Source: the human T2T-CHM13v2.0 reference genome, Homo sapiens. Taken from it: DNA of 64,000 nt. The stretch lies in assembly GCF_009914755.1 (NCBI RefSeq), contig NC_060941.1; one strand, given 5' to 3'. Position numbers and translations under genes: made by a program. Every line of letters starts with the position of its first letter. The first letter of the stretch is position 1. Below, in pieces: positions 1 through 11,784 of this stretch. The notes under the pieces are model-generated. The model worked only from the letters and a program-made list of their open reading frames with translations. It ran no database searches and was not told the DNA's origin.

Positions 1-91
1 CATTGTTCTCTGAGTGAGGATACCCTCTTCCCTGCAAATAATTTTTATCTGGTTAACTCTTTCTCATCCTGTATTCAATTCAATAATAACT

Positions 92-477
92 TGTGATACT
101 CAATACTGAATGTCAACTTGATTGTTGAAGGATACAAAGAATTGATCCTGGGTGTTTCTGTGAGGGTGTTGCCAAAAGAGATTAACATTTGAGTCAGTGG
201 GTTGGAAAAGGTAGACCCATAACATTTGAGTCAGTGGGCTGGGAAAGTCGAACCCACCATTAACCTGGGTGGGCACAATCTAATCAGCTGTCAGCACAAC
301 TAAAATATAAGCAGGCAGAAAAATGTGAAAAGAGAGACTAGCCTAGCTTCCCAGTAGGGGAATCCAGCATCTTTCTCCCATGCTGGATTCTTCCTGCCCT
401 TGAACATCAGACTCCAAGTTCATGTATATATATATGTCCCATTAGTTCTGTCCCTCTAGAGAACCCTAACTAATACA
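92..477 (+). mobile_element. MLT2A (MLT2A1/A2-like) HERV-L solo LTR with an internal duplication and a deletion
   Basis: Starts TGTGATACTCAATACTGAATGTCAACTTGATTG and contains GGGTGTTGCCAAAAGAGATTAACATTTGAGTCAGTGG. Ends AGAGAACCCTAACTAATACA. Flanks TAACT (87-91) and CAACT (478-482) form a 4/5 TSD. Confidence 0.9.
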
Positions 478-539
478 CAACTTAATCTGGAATTCTTCCC
501 TTACACTCCAGACTATGTTTAGTTATTCTGCTGCAAGTT

Positions 540-750
540 TTCATAGCACCCTATATTTTACTCTCTTCTTACTTATCTCAGTTTTTAATTATACAGTTTT
601 GCAAAGATATTATTTTAGATAATTGTGTCTCCCTCCACTGGGAAATTTGCTCCATGAAAGCAGAGACTTACCTTTTAAGAACGTTGTTGTATCTCCGAGG
701 GTTAAGATTGTTAATGTTTAAAAAAATGTTTGTTGAATGAAAGTTGAATG
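540..750 (+). mobile_element. L2 3' end fragment
   Basis: CTCCATGAAAGCAGAGACT...TGTATCTCCGAG...AATGTTTGTTGAATGAA resembles the L2 terminus. Confidence 0.6.
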
Positions 751-1029
751 TTGTTAATTAAGAAGAATAGTATTGGAGTTTAAAGAATCAGAGTTAATAA
801 GACTATTTCAAGTGAAGCATCACAAGATGCTGCGATGAAGGTAAGTGTTTTGAAGAAGGGAGGAACTTAGAATATTAAAAAGTCAGTGGACTTTGAGACT
901 ACAGTTGAGTCACCTATATGACTATCTAAGTTCCACGAGATCATAAAGTTTCAAGGGATGGAAAAGCAAGAGCATAAACTAACGTATTAATATGGAACGA
1001 CACAGTCAAACATATTTTTTCAAGATGTT

Positions 1030-2960
1030 TTTGGCTGCAGTTTGGAGAAGTCTGTAAAGTAGAAACAGAGGAAGTAGGGAGATCAGAAAGAGTGGCCTCT
1101 TGCAGAAACCAGAAAGATAGTGGTCAATGGCTACAGTGATGACCATGGAGATGGTCAAAAGCACTCAGAGTCAGTGGAACATTTTGTAGTTGGAGCCAAC
1201 AATATTTGCCATTAGACATGAGATATAGGATAAAGAGAGGAGTCAAGAATGAGTCCATGATATTTAGATGAAAGCAAAGGGAGACTTGTCATTAACTGAA
1301 GTAGGAAAGATTTTGAATACAAGATCAGAAGTTTCTAGACATTCTTTTTTTAAAATTTTACTTTAAGTTCTAGGATACATGTGCAGAATGTGCAGGTTTG
1401 TTACATAGGTATACCTGTGCCATGGTGGTTTGCTGCATCTATCAACCCATCTTCTAGATTTTAAGCCCTGTATGCATTAAATATTTGTCCTAATGCTCTC
1501 GCTCCCATTGCCCCCACCCCCCAACAGGCCCCGGGGTGTGTTGTTCCCCTCCCGCTGTGTCCATGTGTTTTCACTGTTCAACTCCCACTTATGAGTGAGA
1601 ATTCCAGTGTTTGGTTTCCTGTTCCTGTGTTAGTTTGCTGAGGATGATGGCTTCCAGCTTCATCCATGTCCCTGCAAAAGACATGATCTCATTCTCTTTT
1701 ATGACTGCATAGTATTCCATGGTGTATATGGACCATATTTCTGTATCCAGTCTATCATTGATGGGCATTTGTGTTGGTTTCATGTCATTGCTATTGTCAA
1801 TATTGCTGCAATAAACGTATGTGTGCTTGTGTCTTTCTAGCGGAGTGATTTATATTACTTTGGGTATATACCCAGTAATGGGATTGCTGGGTCAGATGGT
1901 ATTTCTGGTTCTAGATCCCTGAGGAATCGCCACACTGTCTTCCACAATGGTTGAACTAATTTAATTCCCACCTACAGTGTAAAAGCGTTCCTATTTCTCC
2001 ACAGCCTCGCCAGCATCTGTTGTTTCCTGACGTTTTAATGATTGCCATTCTGACTGGCGTGAGATGGTATCTCTTCGTGGTTTTGATTTGTGTGTCTCTA
2101 ATGACCAGTGATGATGTGCTTTTTTTCATATGCTTGTTGGCTGCATAAATGTCTTCTTTTGAGTAGTGTCTGTTCATATCCTTCACCCACTTTTTGATGT
2201 TTTTTTTTCTTGTAAATTTGTTTAAGTTCCTTGTAGATTCTGGATATTAGACCTTTGTCAGATGGATAGATTGCAAAATTTTTCTCCCATTCTGTAGGTT
2301 GCCTGTTCACTCTGATGCTAGTTTCTTTTGCTGTGGAGAAGCTCTTTAGTTTAATTAGATTCTACTTGTCCATTTTGGCTTTTGTTGCAATTGCTTTTGG
2401 TGTTTCCATCATCAAGTCTTTGCCCATGCCTATGTCCTGAATGGTATTGCTTAGGTTTTCTTCTAGGGTTTTTATGGTTTTGGATTTTACATTTAAGTCT
2501 TGAGCAATTCTAGACATTTTTAATTTGAGACTCCCATTATGCGTCTAGGTGAAGACTTCAGATAGGTAGCTGGAAGTATGAGTTGAGATGTCTATGGGGA
2601 AGTCTTGGCTGGGGTATACATTTATGCGTCATCAGCATTTCTAAGTGAGTGAGTGTAGACAGAAAAGAAGTCCAAAGTCTGATCCCCTGAGCTTGCCTAT
2701 ATTTACAGGTTGGGAAGATGAGGAGGAATAAGCAAACACCACTGGAAAATCCCAGAAAGATAAAACTATGTGAATATAATGTCCTGGAAATCCAGGGGAA
2801 AGAAGTGATCAACTGTATCAAATAAAATAATTGGCCACAGCATATAGTACAGAAGTCATGGATGACAATGATAAGAGCAGTTTGGGTGGAACGGCAAAAA
2901 CAAAACCCTGATTGGAGTGGTTTTTTTAAAAATGGGAAGCAAAGAAGCTGAGGCTGAAAG
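1030..2960 (-). mobile_element. L2 fragment split by the L1PA insertion
   Basis: Purine-rich L2-like motifs (GAGAGGAGTCAAGAATGAGTCC; TTTGAGACTCCCATTATG...GATAGGTAGCTGGA) continue across the L1 TSD. Confidence 0.6.
1347..2507 (-). mobile_element. 5'-truncated L1PA (older primate subfamily): ORF2 C-terminus plus 3' UTR
   Basis: ORF fragments [22 protein letters not shown]...[13 protein letters not shown] and YTMEYYAVIKENEIMSFAGTWMKLEAIILSKL match L1 ORF2p. TSD TTCTAGACATT(C/T)TT at 1333-1346 and 2508-2521, with a TT/AAAA endonuclease site on the minus strand. Confidence 0.95.
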
Positions 2961-4604
2961 GAGAATAGACGACACTTTGGTGCTGATCTTCAATCCTGGT
3001 GTAAACATGATAGCATCATTAGCCTGAGGAGGTTTCCATTCCTTTACTTACAGTGACGGATTCTCAAACTGAAAGTAAGGATTTAGCCTTGAGGGGTCTT
3101 CCAAAGCAAACCCTGAATAAAAAGCTCTTTCTGTTTAATCTCAAGGATTGCCTGGTTCTTTTCACTTTAATGTACTAAAGGTGTCACAAACCAGATAAGA
3201 AAAGAAGTTGCTGACAGTGTTATCGATCTGAAACTTCTGTTTTAAATATCAGAATATGAAAGTAAAATAAAATCATCTCCTACTTAATAGCTAAAATAGT
3301 TGTATAAACAACACCTTATTTTTTTATCCAGTCACAACCATTACTGGCAGAATCATATTTGTATTATGTTAAGTCTGAAATATTCAGCCCAATATATTGA
3401 TTTATGAAGAGACCATTTTACATTTTACTTTAACAGGCATTGTGCACTCATGTGGTTGGGACGCGACTTAGAATATTCACTGCTTTTAGAGTTTGAGTAA
3501 TAAGCTTTATTTACCTATAGTTTGGTATCCACCCACCTTAGAATGAAGCAGCCGTGTAATCCTCCTTAGTTGCTAAACTTTGAATCTTGGGAGTATTACA
3601 AATGGAGATTGATTGCAAGAGTTCATGGGAATCTCAGACACCCTGGCTGGGGTGAAGAGAGGGCAACATTCATCTGAGGAATGTATTTCACATTCAGTAA
3701 TATTTGACCCCAGATGAAATAAAATGTGGCTTCACCTCCAGTGTAAATATTGGTCAGTTCCTATCCCATTAAGTGTTCCTGCTACTTTCCCTAAAGACAA
3801 AGATTCTGGCCTATCAATCATAATAATACTCCCATTAGCTCTTGAGCAACATGTTTGAATAGGAAACTCTCTCTCTCTCTCCCTTTTGTCTGTTGATGAT
3901 TTAGAGACAGTAAGATCTCCAGGCTTATCTTGAAAATATTTACCCAGCTTCTTTCAGTGATCATTTCAGAGCTTGGTCATAAAAGCATATGTTTCTCTAA
4001 AGCAAAGGGTGATAAAGGAGGAGGTACACACAGAACCTTTGCCAGTCTAACATTTTGGTGGAAGGTGACAGAGAAGATAAAGAGACCAATGTTGAAAAAC
4101 ATGTTTTAAGTTATCTGCTTCATGAAGTGAAACAAAAATAGAGGTATAAAATCTCCATCTGGTTTCATTTTATCTTCTCCTATTAAGTACAGACCTATCT
4201 ATATCTTGGGCTTTTTTGTTTTTTTTTTCTTCCTTTTGCTTTGTTTTATTCCCCTATGTTTCTAACTTGTTTCTAACCCTTTGAGAACCAAGCTTGAAAT
4301 TATGAGTTAAAAAATAATACATAAAATATAAAAATATTAATGTTCTATTTTAGTTTAGTCTCTCTTAGCAGTGGACTAAACAAGAGAAACTAAACAAGAG
4401 AAAAGTGACAAGTTGTGGTTGATATAAGTGATTTTAAAGGACAGTTACAAGAATTATACTAGTGGGAGGTACATATTGATCCTACTAAAAATATTTCCTA
4501 TGTTAATGACTGCATAGTTGTCCATAAGAAATGATATTTCCTATTAGTTTATTATTTTTCAGTATTTTATAGAAAGGCTGGTCTTTACATGAGAAAATCA
4601 ATGA

Positions 4605-4800
4605 TTCTTACTAACATTATGTATTGAGACTTATTCTGTTCTAGACACGATGTGTAAAGATTTACATGTGTTATCTCATGTGATTATGAGACCAAAAATC
4701 TATTTTGCCTGTACTATTTTTAAATAGGAGACATTGAGCTCAGAGAATACAACACATTTTCTAGAAGGCTTGTGAGTTCAGAATGGCAGTTATTTCACTT
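4605..4800 (-). mobile_element. MIR
   Basis: TTTACATGTGTTATCTCAT...GAGACATTGAGCTCAGAGA core. Confidence 0.55.
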
Positions 4801-5473
4801 GCTGTCTGTGTGTCTCACAGGTCACCCTGAAAGCACTGACTCAGTTTAGCATGCCGAAGTGTCCCCACTGGATGGGGACAGGGAGAATTCTCTGAGCTAA
4901 GGAACCATGTTCTTAGGATGGATGCAGATTTATAACTTTGAAGTGGAATGCTCACCATGACAAAGACATGTTATTTTAACCTCTTGTATTCATCTTGTTA
5001 TATAAAATTATGCTCTTGTGTAAAAGGATATGAATTTGAGATACTTCAGCCTAGTATTATAGCCTAATAAATATCCACCATGAGAACATGAAGGTTAATC
5101 TACCTGAACATGTGTGTTAATCTTTATTTTCTCCTAATATTCTAATCTCAACTATCTCTATTGTAATGTAAGTGACCTTTGTATATAACTGGATTTTATT
5201 TCAACATCATTGACTTATTTTAGACTATTAGAAAACTGTCATTATATTTAAAGTATATTTATATATGTTATAAATGTACTTTATAGTATACTGTATTTAT
5301 ATTTTTTAAAGAATATTTATTTGTAGATAAGATGTCTTACATTTTCCCGACAGTATTTCCTTGAGAAAGGAAGAGTGGGTACATTTTCATTTTAGTTATG
5401 AACACGTTGAAGAGAACAGAAGGCAAATGACATGCCCCAGGGTAGAGATTTCATTGGTGAGAATGAAGATATG

Positions 5474-6614
5474 GGAGTGGTTGTGTGGTCACGTCTCGGA
5501 AACCGGTAGGACTTGCAGCATAGCAGACCAAACTGACTGAAGAGCAGATTCCAGAATTCATAGAAGCTTTTTCCCTATTTGACAGAGACAATGATGGAAC
5601 TATAACAACAAAGGAAGTGGAAACGATAATGAGGTCTCTTGGGTAGAATCCCACGAAAGCAGGGTTACCAGACATGATTAATGAAGTAGATGCTGATGGT
5701 AATAGAACGGACTCTCCTGAATTTCTGACAATGATGGCAAGAAAAATGAAAGACACACAAAGTGAAGAAGAAATTAGAGAAGCATTCCTTGTGTTTGATA
5801 AGGATGGCAATGGCTATATCAGTGCAGCAGAACTTTGCCATGTGATGACAAACCCTGGAGAGAAGCTAACAGATGACAAGGTTGATGAAATGATCAGGGA
5901 AGCAGGTATTGATGGTGATGGTCAGGTAAACTAGGAAGAGTTTGTACAAACGATGACAGCGAAGTGAAGACCTTATACAGAATATGTTACATTTCTTGTA
6001 CAAAATTGTTTATTTTCCTTTTTCTTTGTTTATAATTTATCTCTAAAAGGTTTCTTCCTACTGTCAAAAAAATGCATGCATAGTAACTAGGACTCCGTTC
6101 CTCCATGTTTTCTTCTCTTATCTTACTTGTCATTGTTGTCATTGTTCTGAAAACTTATTTTAGAAAACTGATCAAGTAACATGTTACATGTGGCTTACTC
6201 TAGATATATCTAAGCCCTTCTGCACAGCTAAACTTAGATGGAGTTGGTCAAAGGGGAAACATCTGGGTTGTGCCTTTTTTTTTTAGTTTTCTTTAGAAAC
6301 TGCAGCATGTTGTTGTTGAAGTGTGGAGTTGTAACTCTGTACACAATTGACAGTCAACAATATGTACCTAAAACTTGCACTATTGCAAAAGGGGTGTATT
6401 ATCCAGGTACTCATACACTTTTTTTATATATATTACTGGTCCTATACCAGAAACATTTTGCTTTATTGTTACTTGCTTTTTAAACTTTGTTTAGGCACTT
6501 AAAGAAAATCTGCTTATGGCAGAATTTGCCTCAAATCCATTCCAAGTTGTATATTTGTTTTCCAGTATAAAATAACAATTTACCTCCAAAACCCCCAAAA
6601 GACAAAACAAAAAC
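5474..6614 (+). pseudogene. CALM2P: Processed calmodulin 2 (CALM2) pseudogene, near full-length mRNA copy
   Basis: Intronless. CALM2-type 5' UTR (GAGTGGTTGTGTGGTC.CGTCTCGGAAACCGGTAG..CTTGCAGC). CDS remnant 5520-5967 ends MTAK-TGA. Lesions: ATG>ATA (5520), +1 A frameshift near 5531, CAG>TAG (5644), 3-bp loss in EF-hand 2, TAT>TAG (5932). About 620 bp of CALM2-type 3' UTR, a decayed A tail at about 6588-6614, and a perfect 14-bp TSD AGAATGAAGATATG (5460-5473 and 6615-6628). Which numbered CALM2P locus this is cannot be determined from the sequence alone. Confidence 0.96.
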
Positions 6615-7761
6615 AGAATGAAGATATGAAAGCTCAGGGCTCCTGAATTCCAAATCACTTTGCTATGAAGCCATACTATTTCGAATAAAACAAAATGATG
6701 TAAATTGCCTGAACAAAATATGTGTTTGTGGAGCAATGCAAAGGTAATATATACTGGTAAGCCACGTGCTTAGAATCTTTGACAAAAATACTAGAAGAAA
6801 TTTTTTTTTTGTGGAAAATAGCTTTGAAGTAAATGTTTGGAGGAAATCTTCCATAGAACAGATACCATAAAATTAAAACTTGTAGTCATAGGGAACTGAT
6901 TATTTTTGTTTACCTTTTACTTTTGATTTTTCACTGGCACATAAACAGCAATTTTCAGTTCTAGGTGGGAGCTACCTTTCAATAACTCGAACGTTTGGTA
7001 GCCCAATCATGTTTTACTGAAGCACATTTTCACAAGAAGTAATACGTTTTTAAAAAAAATACAAATATTTCTTATTCTTAGGAGTTGCTTTGCCTTGCAA
7101 AATAAGTGAAAGCTATTACAAATGAGTATTCAGTGCATTGCTGAGATAAAGTTGTGGTCAAACTACATTTCTCAGTAGGGAACTCCTTTTCTCCTGATAG
7201 AGTTGGAATGAGTTCAAAGAACTGGAATAACCAGGAAAGAAGATGAACCAACTGATTTATAAATGAAGATTAAAGGATAAATTATAGAGGCCAAATAAAT
7301 AGGCTTTGTCTAAGCTGTGTGTAAGAGCACGACAGGATTAGAAGCAAACGTCACTGAAAGTTTAAACATTAATGAAAATTATTACATAGTACAATAAAAT
7401 AAATGTAGTACTGAAACAGTAGAGAATATGAGGAAATGTAAAACAATACTAAACTCATCATGTAGCTTTGCTGTGGCCAAGAATTACTACTTTACAAAAG
7501 GGGATCTCCGGGGTAATAGTGGAAGCTGTTTTATGACTACAGGCAGACTCAATAAACTCGGACCGAGATGAAGTATTTTATTACTCAAGAGTGAGAAAGA
7601 AAAACCATGCTTATTTTCCTCATTAGGATAATAGATCATTGTGGCTTAATTCCCATATGATTCAGGAATTTAAAATTAACTATTATCAAAGTTCGTGGCT
7701 TTGCCTTTTAAAATCACAGATTCCTGAGTATTCAACAGATACATTCAAATACAGAGGACAT

Positions 7762-8283
7762 AATTATTTATTGTTGTATAATAAATTAATAAACACATAG
7801 TGGCTTAAGGTATCAATACATATTTATTATCTCACATGGTCTGGCAGATCAGGAATTGACTGATTTGGATGGATGATTCTGGTTTAGGGTCTCTCATGAT
7901 GGCGCAGTCGAGATGTCGCAGCATCTGCAGTCATCTGAAGGCTTGGCTGGGGCCGAAGCCTGGGATAGCTCACTCACATGCTGGGAGGCTGGTACTGGCT
8001 ATTGGCAAGAGGACTTATTTCCTTGCCACTTGGACTTCTTCATAAGGCTGCTTGTGTGTTCTCATGACATGGCACCTGACATCCCTCTGAAAGGGTGATC
8101 CAAAGAAAAGCAAGCATAGAAGCCACCATGTCTTTTATGACCAGACTTCAAATTCACAAATCATCTGTAATATCCTACCGATTTCACAGACAAACCCTAT
8201 TCAACATGGGAGGGAACTGCAGGAAGGCATGAAGACTAGGGGATGAGAATCTCTGGAGGTCACTTTGGAGGCTGGCTACCAAA
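7762..8283 (-). mobile_element. MLT1 (MLT1H-like) MaLR LTR
   Basis: TAGTGGCTTAA...TATTATCTCACA...CTGCAGTCATCTGAAGGCTTGGCTGGGGC...GGAGGCTGGCTACCA. Confidence 0.8.
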
Positions 8284-8469
8284 AATGTTTGTGTCAATTT
8301 TAATTTATTTTAAAATCGGATATTATTTTCTTTTGCAAAATAATTCTTTCCCAATTCCCCCATAATAGCAAGTGGGGCACCAATCTAGGTTTAAATAAAA
8401 TTGTTGTCATTAGCTAATCTTCCAGGTGCAGAGTAGTTGAGATCTGTCAAAATGGTTCACACCTCTCAA

Positions 8470-8640
8470 TAATTATCATGTACAAAATTCTTATTATGCT
8501 CCATATAATCCTCACAATGATCCTTAGCTCAAAACAATAGATAGGGAATTGAGGCAAGAAAGGTTAATTAATTTGCCAAAGTTCACATGGCTAGTAAGAG
8601 AGGGAAGCAAATATAAATCCCGACTGAACTGGCAGAGCCA
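8470..8640 (-). mobile_element. MIR
   Basis: AATCCTCACAA...GAATTGAGGCAAGAAAGGTTAATTAATTTGCCAAAGTTCACATGGCTAGTAAG. Confidence 0.7.
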
Positions 8641-8679
8641 TATGGTGAGGTCAAGAAGATGGCAAGAAACAAGAGGCAA

Positions 8680-9080
8680 ACATAAATGAGGGAATTTGGA
8701 GTGCATTCACAAAGGGACTATTACAAAGATGTATATAGGGTCAGAATCTATGGCAAAAGATACTTCAGTACCTGGAGCTAGGGAGAGAGGTAAAACATAA
8801 CTACCTTAGGGATGCAGGAATGAAACGATTGTACGAATTTTGAGAGAGCTACACTGAGAGGACCTTTGATAGGAACTATGAACTTTATTAAAAAGACATA
8901 GTCCATATGAAATGTGTAGAGAGATAACTATTCTGATATCATCCTCCTCTCAACCATCCTGTGCCTCCTCCTAGCCAAAATCAACTAGAAATCAGAGGCA
9001 AGGAAGCCCTTTGATTCAGTATTCATATGGATTAGGTAAAAGACAGTAGAGATTGGATGTGGAAATACTCAGCACATCCA
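8680..9080 (-). mobile_element. Old ERVL LTR fragment (LTR33-like)
   Basis: TGCCTCCTCCTAGCCAAAATCAACTAGAAATCAGAGGCAAGGAAGCCC resembles LTR33. Confidence 0.45.
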
Positions 9081-9793
9081 CTGTTATCCACTCTTCTGTA
9101 TACTGTTCAATTAGCTCAGCTAACTTCACAGTCCTGAATAGAATAAAAGAACTGAAGATCAGGGAGGATAATTCATAAGCTAAAGTTTCTAAAACTGGAA
9201 TGTGGTCAAACCAACACTCAACCATAAACATGAGACTCCAAGACACTATGGGGCATTTTTTTGTAGTACCAGCATATGCTTTATGAAGAGTCGGGCTCCT
9301 GGAGAAGACCGAGTAATCCAGAATTAGCCACAGCTATTTCAGACTTCAGTACTGTTTCCCGCTGCCATACATTGCTGTCACTGCTACCAACCTTTGCTTC
9401 ATTTCCAAGTCAGTTGTAACAAGTGAGGAAATGTATTAGTGGATCCAGTCTTAATACCGTGTGTGATCTAACAGTAGCCTTACAGTTGGTGGATTGAGTA
9501 GGTTACACCAGTGAGGAGTGGTGCCTAGTAATAAAGCCTTCCATTTGTAATACATTCTTCTTTGCTCCATTGCCAAGTCTGTAAAACTGTGCCTGGGGTT
9601 TGTTTCCAAATTCCAGATACCTAGCACAGTATCTGGTATGTATTAAATGTTGATGAATGATTAAATGAATGAATGGACAACCAAACAACTACAGCTATAT
9701 CTTATCCCCAGCTTTCTTGGTCAGACCCTAGCTAGACCATAATGCTACCAGCACTGCCACCATTATCATTATCATCATTTTAAATTATACTTG

Positions 9794-9894
9794 ATGAGCC
9801 CAGAAAGGTTGAGGCTGCAGAGAGTCTTGGCTGTGCCACTGCACTCCAACCTGAGTGACAGGGTGAAACCCTGTCTCAAAAAAATAAATAAATA
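9794..9894 (+). mobile_element. 5'-truncated AluJ-like right-arm end with TSD
   Basis: TGAGCCCAG...GAGGCTGCAG...CCACTGCACTCCAACCTGAGTGACAG plus an A tail. TSD AAATTATA(C/T)TTG at 9782-9793 and 9895-9906. Confidence 0.85.
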
Positions 9895-9906
9895 AAATTA
9901 TATTTG

Positions 9907-10130
9907 TGCACATACGAGACACCAGGCACTTTGCTAAGCACTTTGTGTTATGATCTTACTTAATTATTTCTACAACTCTGTAAGGTTTATTACCTCTCTT
10001 TTGCAGATGGAGAAACTGAGATTTAGCCAAGTTAAATGAATTGTGCAATATCACACATATAAGTGGTGAAAATGGAATTTGAAGCCAGTTAGACTACCTC
10101 TAGAGCTTTCACATTGAACTTCTCAACTGT
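9907..10130 (-). mobile_element. MIR
   Basis: CCAGGCACTTTGCTAAGCACTTT...TTTGCAGATGGAGAAACTGAGA. Confidence 0.8.
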
Positions 10131-11784
10131 ATCATCTCTATTCCATGAGCTCATCCCTGAAATTCAGGCATAAATACTCAATTACCTTGGATGTATCCTG
10201 TTTTTTGTATTTCAAATTGTCACTCTTAGCATGGCCTTCCTACTAATACTTTTTCTTCTTTCTGGAGAGTAGCTCTCTCAGCCTTTCTATTCTGCTTTGT
10301 TACCAAAGATTACTTGAATTATCCTTGGGTCTAAGGTCTCTTTTGAGCACAACACTGGACATTCTAGAAACAATCTGAGGCATGAACCTCTAAATCCATT
10401 TTATTCTCCCAAGCTTCTAGATCACTTGGACCCAGGTTTCTTCTTTTCTATGGGCCTGGATCCCAGCATATTCCACATTCATGATTGCCCAAGGTATTTC
10501 AAGTTCAGGGGCACTTTCTTGCTTATACTTTGTTTAATTTTATTTTTTGCAAAACAATTTAAGAAAAATTAAAGCATCTGAAGAGATGAGAAAGTGCCTA
10601 TTGCTTTACTAGCCTGTTCATTTTCATGAAATTAGAATAAAGCATTGGTAGAATAATCTCTTCAAGAGTATCTTAGTTACCAGAGCCAGACACATTTGCA
10701 AATGCCCACAGTTGATATACCTGTAGTTGGGTTTAGTAATTTTAAATTAAATTTGTTCATCACTTTGGTTGAATCTCTCCCTAGGAGAGAGAGAAAATAT
10801 CACCAGTCTCCATGGCATCAAATCTCTTTTTTTTTTTTTTTTTGGCTTTTTATAGAGTCAAACCCAATTTCCATTCCTCACAATGATTCAGGCTGTGTCT
10901 ATACTACGCCAACACAACTGGTTAAAAAAGGGAAAAATTCAGTGTAATAATGGTAAAGTTTAGTTAACAAAAACCTAAATAAAGTAAAATTCTATCTATT
11001 TAGGAGTCCCTTAGAATTGAGACCTTCCAGATTCTTAGGATTTTTAACCATTAATATTAGACATATATATATTTAAAAAATTCTATTTTATTTAGAAATC
11101 CTTCCAAAATGTTTAAAAGTTTTATATTCCAATGATACTGAATATCAGATATCTTCAAATACAATGCATTTCAATATGAAACATCTAGGAATACTAGACA
11201 AAACATAAGAAACATAACCAGAAGTCAGAAATGAAAGGAAATCTAGAACCCATAGAATAAGCCTCTACTTACTGTTGGGATGTCCTGAGAACTTGGGTTT
11301 AATGAATAAATTGGAAGAGAAGTCCTTGGGTCCATACAAAGTGGGGAGTTCGGCCTGACACCCTCAAATAAAATCTTTGAAGGATTACACCTTCACTGAG
11401 AGAGTACAATAGAAAGAGTCTGACCACCAGCAAAGGGATATGGCACAGCATCTTGCTTTCTCATATTGGCCCTAGATTGGAGGAAAAGGGACAGAGAAAA
11501 CTCTCCTCTGAGAGCTGATAACAATTACCTAACTCTAATGCAAATTTGGCATCCAAATTTATACTACTTGAAAGCTCCTAGAAACCACAAGCCAAAAAAA
11601 AAGAAAAAAAAAAAAGAATCAGCATGTGGACGTGGATATACACACAACAGTCCCAGGTTAATGCCCCTGACAGAGGTTAAAACATTCTTCAGAAGGGTTT
11701 TAAATTCAGGTCACAAATAAATTCTCCAACATGAATCTCTTTCAAGCTAAGTAAGTAAATAATAGAAAAACAAAAACTCTAGAG

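Noticed and set aside
1589-2310. Three ORFs with protein-like sequence
   Set aside because: Frameshifted L1 ORF2p remnants.
5451-5810. 119-aa minus-strand ORF
   Set aside because: Antisense shadow of the calmodulin reading frame; no independent coding signal.
5474-6614. Assignment to a specific numbered locus (for example CALM2P1)
   Set aside because: Several CALM2 retrocopies exist; they cannot be told apart without genome alignment.
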